This document shows, in pieces, positions 1 to 6,444 of a stretch of 40,030 bases of DNA. Position 1 is the first letter of the stretch. Each line of letters opens with the position of its first letter. The notes below the pieces were generated by a model. The model was not told the origin of the DNA and made no database searches. It saw nothing but the letters and a program-made list of their open reading frames with translations. Both the position numbers and the translations under genes were made by a program. The DNA lies in contig CAZVKD010000001.1 of the NCBI GenBank assembly GCA_964627675.1, positions 1-40,030 of the forward strand. Direction: 5' to 3'. Source of the DNA: an uncultured Gemmatimonadaceae bacterium (GTDB lineage Bacteria > Gemmatimonadota > Gemmatimonadetes > Gemmatimonadales > GWC2-71-9).

Positions 1-1962
1 TACACGCCTGAGATGGTCGAGCGAGTGACCGGGTGCCCGCGCGACACGTTCATCCAGGTGGCGGAAACGATCCTGGAGAACTCGGGGCGCGACCGGACGA
101 CGTCCTGGACCTATGCGGTGGGCTGGACCCAACACACCTACGGCCCGCAGATGATCGGCTGCTGCGCGCTGCTCCAGCTCCTGCTGGGCAACATCGGGCG
201 GCCGGGGGGCGGGATCATGGCGTTGCGCGGGCACGCCTCCATCCAGGGCTCGACGGATATCCCAACGCTGTACCACAGCATTCACGGCTACATGCCGGCG
301 CCCTCTGCTCTCAAGCGGCACGGAACGCTGCGCGAGTATCTCGCCACGGAGGCGAGCGCCACGGGCTACTGGGCCAACATGCCGAAGTTCCTGGTGTCGT
401 ATCTCAAGTCCATGTACGGCGGCGCCGCGACTCCGGAGAACGATTTCGGCTACGACTGGCATCCCAAGATCTCCGGCGACCACTCGCATCTGCCCATGTT
501 CGTGGCGATGGCCGAAGGGCGGGTGAAGGGAATGCTGTGCATCGGGCAGAACCCCGCCACGTCCCTCAACGCGAGCCTCGAGCGGAAAGCCCTCCGGAAC
601 CTCGAGTGGCTCGTGGTAAAGGACAATTTCATCACGGAGACGGCGGCCTTCTGGTATCGCGCGCCCGAAGTCGAGAGCGGCGAGGTGAAGCCCGAGGACA
701 TTCAGACGGACGTCTTCTTTTTCCCCTCGGCGCAGGTGGCCGAAACCGACGGCAGCTACACCAACACCCAGCGCATGCTCCAGTGGCACTTCCGAGCGGC
801 GGCCCCGCCGGGAGACTGCCGCTCCGACCCCTGGTTCACCCATCAACTCGCGCTGCGGCTCAAGCGCTTGTACGCTGGCAGCGATCTCCCCCGCGATCAG
901 GGATTCAAGAATCTGCTGTGGGAGTTCGATCCCGAAGGGCCGCCGGTCGTTCCGGGAGAGCCGGACGTGGAGAAAGTGCTCAAGGAGATCAACGGCTACC
1001 TCACCGGCGATCCGGCGCGCCACCTCGCGGGCTTCGGCGAGCTCAAGGACGACGGCTCGACCACCTGCGCCTCGTGGATCTACTGCGGCGTGTTCCCGGC
1101 TCCGGATCGCAACCTCGCCAAACGCAAGGAGCCAGATCCCCCCGGGGCGCCGGGAGCCCACTTGAACTGGGGCTGGGCCTGGCCCGCCAATCGGCGCGTC
1201 ATGTACAACCGCGCCTCGGCCGATCCGGATGGGCGCCCCTGGAGCGAGCGCAAAAAGTGGGTGTGGTGGGACGGCGCGAAGTGGACCGGCTACGACACGC
1301 CCGACTTCCCGCAAACCAAGCCGCCCAGCGCGCCCGGGGACCCCGACGGCATGGGGCTGGACGCGCACTCGGGACGCCATCCATTCATCATGAAACCCGA
1401 CGGCGTGGGCTGGTTATTCAACCCCGTGGGCCTGCTCGACGGACCGCTCCCCACCCACTACGAGCCGGCCGAATCGCCGATCCGAAATCCGCTCTACGGG
1501 CGGCAGACCAGTCCGGTGCTCAAGTACTGGCGGCACCAGGACAACCCGCTGGTCGAGGCCGGGGACGAGCGCTACCCCTACATCATCACCACGTATCGCC
1601 TCACCGAGCACTACCTCGCGGGTGCGATGAGCCGCTGGAATCCCTGGCTCGCGCAGCTCATGCCCGAGTTGTTCATCGAGCTGTCCCCCGAACTCGCCGC
1701 AGAGAAAGGGATTCGCAACACGGACTGGGTGCGGATCAGCACGCCGCGCGGCGAGATCAGGGCCAAGGCGCTGGTGACCCGCCGGCTGCGGCCATTCGCG
1801 ATCGGCGACCGCGTGGTCCACCAGGTGGGGATGCCGTGGCATTGGGGCTGGCAGGGGGTCGTGACGGGTGACGTGGTGAACGAGCTCACCGCGCTGGTGG
1901 GCGATCCCAACGTGAGCATCCACGAGGGCAAGGCCTTCGTGTGCAACGTGGAGAGGGCCTGA
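1..1962 (+). CDS. Formate dehydrogenase-N/O-type molybdopterin (bis-MGD) catalytic alpha subunit, C-terminal ~650 aa; 5' end lies outside the window
   Basis: The frame is open from nt 1 (track ORF 13..1962). It is a long MopB-type sequence ending ...TALVGDPNVSIHEGKAFVCNVERA, like FdnG/FdoG C-termini. It is followed by an FdnH-like subunit with an ATGA stop/start overlap and by fdhE. The Sec/Cys active-site region would be upstream of the window. Confidence 0.85.
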   Translation, partial: YTPEMVERVTGCPRDTFIQVAETILENSGRDRTTSWTYAVGWTQHTYGPQMIGCCALLQLLLGNIGRPGGGIMALRGHASIQGSTDIPTLYHSIHGYMPAPSALKRHGTLREYLATEASATGYWANMPKFLVSYLKSMYGGAATPENDFGYDWHPKISGDHSHLPMFVAMAEGRVKGMLCIGQNPATSLNASLERKALRNLEWLVVKDNFITETAAFWYRAPEVESGEVKPEDIQTDVFFFPSAQVAETDGSYTNTQRMLQWHFRAAAPPGDCRSDPWFTHQLALRLKRLYAGSDLPRDQGFKNLLWEFDPEGPPVVPGEPDVEKVLKEINGYLTGDPARHLAGFGELKDDGSTTCASWIYCGVFPAPDRNLAKRKEPDPPGAPGAHLNWGWAWPANRRVMYNRASADPDGRPWSERKKWVWWDGAKWTGYDTPDFPQTKPPSAPGDPDGMGLDAHSGRHPFIMKPDGVGWLFNPVGLLDGPLPTHYEPAESPIRNPLYGRQTSPVLKYWRHQDNPLVEAGDERYPYIITTYRLTEHYLAGAMSRWNPWLAQLMPELFIELSPELAAEKGIRNTDWVRISTPRGEIRAKALVTRRLRPFAIGDRVVHQVGMPWHWGWQGVVTGDVVNELTALVGDPNVSIHEGKAFVCNVERA

Positions 1963-2762
1963 TGCACGAGGCGATGGGGTACTACACCGACACCACGGTG
2001 TGCATCGGCTGCAAGGCGTGCGAGGTCGCATGCAAAGCATGGAACCAGCTGCCCGCCACGAACGGCGGCGTGGTGGAGATGAGCGGCGACAGCTACGACA
2101 ACACGCGACGGCTGGACGGGATCAACTGGCGGCACGTGAAGTTCGTCGAGCAATTCGGCGAGGACCGCGCGGGGGGCCGCTGGCTCATGATGAGCGACGT
2201 GTGCAAGCACTGCGTGCGGGCGCCGTGCCTCGAGGTCTGCCCCACGGGCGCCATCATCCGCACTGAGTTCGACACGGTGGTGATTCAATCGGACGCCTGC
2301 AACGGCTGCCGGCTGTGCATCGCCGCGTGCCCATTCGGCGTCATTGACATCAACCCCGCGTCCAACACGGCGCAGAAATGCACGCTGTGCTACGATCGCC
2401 TGAAGTCGGGATTAGAGCCGGCATGCGCGCAGGCCTGCCCGACGGATTCCATCCAGTTCGGGCCCATCAGCGAGCTCAAGCAGCGGGCAGAGCGCCGCCT
2501 GGTACAGCTCCAGCGGCTCGGCGAAACCCGCGCCCGGCTGTACGGCGCCGACGAGACGATCCTGGGGGGGCTCAACTCGTTCTACCTGCTCGTGGACGAG
2601 CCCGAGGTGTATGGCCTGCCGCGGAATCCGCGCCTTCCCACGCGGAATCTCTGGGCGTCCTCGGCGCTGTCAGTCGCCACGGCCGTGGTGCTGGGGCTCG
2701 TCGGACTCGTGACCCTACGAAGGCGTCGCGTGGACGAGCAGGCCGGTGGGCACGATGCCTGA
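1962..2762 (+). CDS. Formate dehydrogenase iron-sulfur beta subunit (FdnH/FdoH-like, four [4Fe-4S] motifs, C-terminal membrane anchor)
   Basis: ATG 1962 overlaps the alpha stop (ATGA), with GAGAGGG just upstream. Cys clusters are CIGCKACEVAC, CKHCVRAPCLEVCP, CNGCRLCIAACP and CTLCYDR...CAQACP. There is a hydrophobic C-terminal helix SSALSVATAVVLGLVGLVTL. The track ORF begins at GTG 1941, inside the alpha gene. Confidence 0.85.
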   Translation: MHEAMGYYTDTTVCIGCKACEVACKAWNQLPATNGGVVEMSGDSYDNTRRLDGINWRHVKFVEQFGEDRAGGRWLMMSDVCKHCVRAPCLEVCPTGAIIRTEFDTVVIQSDACNGCRLCIAACPFGVIDINPASNTAQKCTLCYDRLKSGLEPACAQACPTDSIQFGPISELKQRAERRLVQLQRLGETRARLYGADETILGGLNSFYLLVDEPEVYGLPRNPRLPTRNLWASSALSVATAVVLGLVGLVTLRRRRVDEQAGGHDA

Positions 2763-3675
2763 CACCTTCTACACGGCGTCGCCGCACTGGGGCTGGTATA
2801 TCGTCGCCTACTTCTTCGTCGGCGGGATCGCCGGTGGCTGCTTCTTTATCGCCTCTTTGCTCCACCTGTTCGGGCGCCCGGAGGACCGACCCGTCGTGCG
2901 GGTGGGGTACTACGTCGCCTTCGTTGGAGCGGTCGTGAGCGGCGTTCTGCTCACGCTCGATCTCACCAAGCCGCTCAGGTTCTGGCACATGCTGGTCGCG
3001 TCGAACACCGGCGTCCCGTTGCTGAAGCCCTGGTCCCCGATGTCAGTCGGCGCCTGGGGACTCCTGCTGTTCGGTGCCCACGCGACGCTCGCGGCCGGGG
3101 GTGCACTGGCCGAGGAAGGCCGCATTCGGTGGCGCCCGCTGGCCGGCATGGTGAGTGGCGCCCCCGGCATGATGGTCGCCGCGCTGGGAAGCTTGTTCGG
3201 CTTCTTCCTGGCAGGCTACACCGGCGTCCTGCTCTCGGTGACGAACCGGCCGGTGTGGGCCGATTCCAACCTCCTGGGCGCGCTCTTCCTGTGTTCCGCC
3301 GCATCTACCGGAGGGGCGACGCTCCTCCTGCTCGCGGATGGACGGCGAGACGCCGATCCCGCCACCACTGCCTGGCTCACGCGGTTCGATCGGGTCGCGT
3401 TGCGCGCGGAGCTAGTGCTCCTCGCGCTGTTCGTTGCGTCCCTCGGAGCCGCCGCGCGTGTCTTCGCCGGCTGGTGGGGGGGCGTTCTTCTCACCGGCGT
3501 CGCCGGGCTGGGGATTGCCGCGCCGCTGGTGCTGGAGTCTCGTTCGGCGCCCCCGCGCCGCACAACGCTTCGCGCCTCGACGCTCGTGCTCGCCGGCGGG
3601 CTCCTGCTCCGAATCGTCGTGGTCTTCGCGTCCAACCAGGTGTTTGTCACCGGCTCGGACGTTGCTCATCCCTGA
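2755..3675 (+). CDS. NrfD/PsrC-family polytopic membrane subunit (quinone-interacting anchor of the oxidoreductase)
   Basis: ATG 2755 overlaps the beta-subunit stop by 8 nt. The N-terminus MPDTFYTASPHWGWYIVAYFFVGGIAGG is typical of the NrfD family. About 8 hydrophobic segments run through 306 aa. Confidence 0.8.
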   Translation: MPDTFYTASPHWGWYIVAYFFVGGIAGGCFFIASLLHLFGRPEDRPVVRVGYYVAFVGAVVSGVLLTLDLTKPLRFWHMLVASNTGVPLLKPWSPMSVGAWGLLLFGAHATLAAGGALAEEGRIRWRPLAGMVSGAPGMMVAALGSLFGFFLAGYTGVLLSVTNRPVWADSNLLGALFLCSAASTGGATLLLLADGRRDADPATTAWLTRFDRVALRAELVLLALFVASLGAAARVFAGWWGGVLLTGVAGLGIAAPLVLESRSAPPRRTTLRASTLVLAGGLLLRIVVVFASNQVFVTGSDVAHP

Positions 3676-3921
3676 ATGCGACTTCCCGTGAGCCGGCTGG
3701 CGAGTGCCGCTGCGTTGCTGCTGCCCTGGCTGATCGGCTGCGCGAGCCCTGAGGCGGGCCGCACGCGGGGAGGCGGCCCCGGCGCCGACATCGGCAATCG
3801 GGGCGACACGGTGGAATTCCATGCCGGCGCCCAGCCGTACCACAACACCCCGTGCGCCACGACGCTCGAAACATGCGACGGTCCGCAACCGGTCTTCGGC
3901 CCGAGTTCGACGCCAGACTGA
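3676..3921 (+). CDS. Small predicted lipoprotein (81 aa), function unknown
   Basis: The ATG directly abuts the NrfD stop (TGAATG). MRLPVSRLASAAALLLPWLIGC reads as a signal peptide plus lipobox (L-I-G-C). I recognise no homology. The 3' end overlaps the fdhE ORF. Confidence 0.5.
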   Translation: MRLPVSRLASAAALLLPWLIGCASPEAGRTRGGGPGADIGNRGDTVEFHAGAQPYHNTPCATTLETCDGPQPVFGPSSTPD

Positions 3922-4697
3922 GCGTCCTGGAACGGGCCAGCCCGGCCTGGGCACCGTGGTTCGCGCTGTGGCGAGCGGCAGCGCGGGCCGGGGCGGACCC
4001 GCCCATCCCCTTGATCGCGCCTGGGCCGGAACGCGACGCCAACGCGCCAAGCCTGCACGGCGCCACGCTGCGGCTCGACCCGCGCCGGACCGAGCGTCTC
4101 ATCGCCACCCTCGCGACAGCGGCCGGCGTGGAGTGGCGAGATCGAACCGGCGCGCTACCCCTGCTGGAAGCGGCGTTGCGCGACGACCGTGAGGCTGTGC
4201 CGGGACACCGGGAGGACCGCGCGGAGGGGCTCGCGGCAGTGTTGCAGTTCGCCCTTCCCATCTTGCTCGCCGGGATCGCGCGTTCGGAAGGCGCAGCGAG
4301 CCCGGCCGATTGGACCCAGGGGTATTGTCCGATATGCGGTGCCTGGCCGCTCCGGGCGGAGCTGCGGGGCATCGAGCGCGAGCGCTACCTGCGATGCGCT
4401 CGCTGCGGCGCGGACTGGATCGGCGCGTGGTTGCGCTGCACCTACTGCGGCGAGGACAATCACGAACGGCTCGGCCTGCTGTCCGCGGAGGGGCAGCTCG
4501 ACTCGCGGCGCGTGGAGACGTGCGCTTCCTGCCGGCACTATCTCAAGGCGTTCGCCGCGCTCACACCTGCGAGCCCGCTCGAGATGCTGCTCGACGACCT
4601 GGAAACGCTGGAGCTCGATCTCGCCGCCCGCGAGCGCGGCTTCACTCGGCCGGACACACTCGGGTACCCTGTATCCGTGAACATCCTGCCGTGCTGA
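3852..4697 (+). CDS. fdhE: FdhE-like formate dehydrogenase accessory protein
   Basis: Four paired-Cys motifs (CPICG, CARCG, CTYCG, CASC) have the spacing typical of FdhE, and the gene sits after the FDH structural genes. The start is uncertain: GTG 3852 or ATG 3873, both overlapping the lipoprotein ORF. Confidence 0.8.
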   Translation: MRHDARNMRRSATGLRPEFDARLSVLERASPAWAPWFALWRAAARAGADPPIPLIAPGPERDANAPSLHGATLRLDPRRTERLIATLATAAGVEWRDRTGALPLLEAALRDDREAVPGHREDRAEGLAAVLQFALPILLAGIARSEGAASPADWTQGYCPICGAWPLRAELRGIERERYLRCARCGADWIGAWLRCTYCGEDNHERLGLLSAEGQLDSRRVETCASCRHYLKAFAALTPASPLEMLLDDLETLELDLAARERGFTRPDTLGYPVSVNILPC

Positions 4698-5026
4698 GAC
4701 CGAAGGACGTGTGTCGCCAGCTGCTCGCGGCCCTGGATGCATCGGAAGGCCGGCGCCGGCGTCGCAAGCGGGATACGACGCCGGACGCCATCGGCCTGTC
4801 CCTGAAACGGGAGCTGCTCGACGAGGCGATCCGGGACGACCCCGACCCGAGTGACTTCGAGACCTGGCTCGAGGCCCGGTGCCGAGACGCAGACGGCGCG
4901 GGCCCGATCCGTGCGATGGCGCGTTCCATTCTCGAGGAGTGGCGGCTGGCAGAATCCTCAGCGGGGTTTCGGGGCTGGCTGGGGCGGGGGGCACCATCGG
5001 ATGACACAGAGACGTCCCCACGGTAG
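4691..5026 (+). CDS. Hypothetical protein (111 aa), translationally coupled to fdhE
   Basis: GTG 4691 overlaps the fdhE stop (GTGCTGA). The composition is mixed acidic/basic (…DPDPSDFETWLEARC…EEWRLAESS…), whereas the opposite-strand frames are Ser/Arg-rich nonsense. I recognise no motif. Track ORF 4310..5026 upstream of 4691 is an off-frame read of fdhE. Confidence 0.5.
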   Translation: MLRPKDVCRQLLAALDASEGRRRRRKRDTTPDAIGLSLKRELLDEAIRDDPDPSDFETWLEARCRDADGAGPIRAMARSILEEWRLAESSAGFRGWLGRGAPSDDTETSPR

Positions 5027-5073
5027 GCGCGGCTGACCTCAGTATATTTACTCGCCCCCAACGAGAGCATTCT

Positions 5074-5301
5074 ATGTCATCCTCGGGTCACTGGGCCGAC
5101 CTCGAGCGCTGGGTTGCCACGTGGCGCGAGGCCAGCGCAGCGCTCTCCGCCCAGCAGCGCGACGAATTGGAGGCGCTCGATACGGCCACAGCGCTCGCGC
5201 AGCTCGCGGACGCGTTCGAGCACGCCTGCGCGAATGCCGCGGTGCTCGACTCCTCGGGGCTGGTAGAGCAACAGCGCTACTTTCAGCTGCTCCGCCGTTG
5301 A
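5074..5301 (+). CDS. Hypothetical small helical protein (75 aa), upstream partner of the nucleotidyltransferase
   Basis: ATG 5074 is preceded by the locally AT-rich TATATTTACT and GAGAGC. Third-position G+C is high. The sequence is Ala/Leu/Glu-rich and helix-like. Its stop overlaps the next start (TTGA). Confidence 0.55.
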   Translation: MSSSGHWADLERWVATWREASAALSAQQRDELEALDTATALAQLADAFEHACANAAVLDSSGLVEQQRYFQLLRR

Positions 5302-5864
5302 TCAGCCTGTTCCAGCAGGCGCAGGCGCTTCAGGAGTTCCTCACGCAGCGAGGTTGGCCGTTCTGTTTTATCGGGGGAATCGCGCTCCAGCACTGGGGTG
5401 AGCCGCGCGTCACGCGCGATCTCGACATTGCCCTGTTCACGGGATTCGGCGGCGAAGGGTCCTTCATTGACGGTCTGCTGTCACAGTACGCCCCGAGGAG
5501 ACCGGACGCGAGGCAGTTTGCCGTCCAATACCGTGTGCTCCTGCTCTCGATGCCGGGCGGTATCCCGGTGGATGTCGCGCTGGCCGCCCTGCCGTTCGAG
5601 GCCGAGATGATCGGTCGGGCCTGCATGGTGCCGTTCGGCAATGCGATCGCCCTGCGTATCTGCTCCGCCGAGGACCTGTTCGTGCTCAAGGCGTTTGCCC
5701 ATCGGCCCCAGGACAGCGCGGACCTCATCGGAATAGCGAAGCGGCGCGGCCGGACGCTCGATTGGGACGCGATCCAGAGTCGGCTGGCCCCGCTGGCGGC
5801 GGTCAAGAACGAGCCGGAAATCCTCGCGGAGGTACGGGTGCTGCGTGAGAAGTTCGGGCCGTAG
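5298..5864 (+). CDS. Minimal Pol-beta-fold nucleotidyltransferase (AbiEii / DUF6036-like, ~188 aa)
   Basis: FIGGIALQHWGEPRVTRDLDIAL fits the G[GS]-x(9-13)-DxD nucleotidyltransferase signature. TTG 5298 overlaps the upstream stop. The 5121-5297 part of the track ORF is an Arg-rich off-frame read. The exact start is uncertain. Confidence 0.7.
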   Translation: MISLFQQAQALQEFLTQRGWPFCFIGGIALQHWGEPRVTRDLDIALFTGFGGEGSFIDGLLSQYAPRRPDARQFAVQYRVLLLSMPGGIPVDVALAALPFEAEMIGRACMVPFGNAIALRICSAEDLFVLKAFAHRPQDSADLIGIAKRRGRTLDWDAIQSRLAPLAAVKNEPEILAEVRVLREKFGP

Positions 5865-5880
5865 TGACGGTCCTGGCTCG

Positions 5881-6325
5881 TCACCTGGCGGCCTCGGGGG
5901 ACGAGTCCCCGCGATGCGGCGTGATCCCTCTGCCTCGCCCGAGTCGTGGAGCGGGAGGATGTGAGGATGCTGGAGCTTGGCGGTGGTGCTCGACGTCCCC
6001 CAGCGTCAGGAAGGTGAGCGAACCGGGATCGCCTAGGTACAGCGCCGTGGCGAGATGAAAGCAGTCCAGCCCCCGCATGTACGCGACCTCGAGGACGCGG
6101 CTGATCCCCGGACTCAAAGATCGGTCGCGAACGATCCAGGACACTGCCCGGAGCGAGCTCGGCTCGCCCGGGATCCCCTCCCGGCGGAACGACGCTCGTA
6201 GCTCGGCTTCCAGGAGCGTCGGGGCAAGAGGTCGTCGAAGCGCGCCAGCCGCCGAGCGAAAGCTGTCGCGCCTCGCTCCGCTAACGCGATCGCCACGCGG
6301 CACGAGTGTACGCGCAGCCAGCGGC
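5881..6325 (-). pseudogene. Decayed PIN-domain (VapC-like) toxin gene, frameshifted
   Basis: On the minus strand, one frame reads ...RVAIALAERGATAFARRLARFDDLL. The adjacent frame continues APTLLEAELRASFRREGIP...RGLDCFHLATALYLGDPGSLTFLTL, which matches N- and C-terminal PIN blocks. The position of the first catalytic Asp reads His. The tail after FLTL is Pro/Arg/Gly-rich. There is no antitoxin-sized ORF between it and 6445. Confidence 0.4.
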
Positions 6326-6444
6326 CATCACTCCCGCCCCGCGAGGAATCGGGCGAGGGCTCCCGGCTTCCGGACGACCGCCGCCCAGGTGAGTCTGTCG
6401 CTGCTCCATGAGCCCGGATGTCGCGCACCGCGACTGCGTCACCG

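Noticed and set aside
33-1871. 612-aa ORF in an alternative + frame across the FDH alpha gene
   Set aside because: The translation is dominated by Arg/Gly/Pro/Ala, the typical off-frame product of GC-rich coding DNA. The overlapping frame has clear molybdopterin-oxidoreductase sequence.
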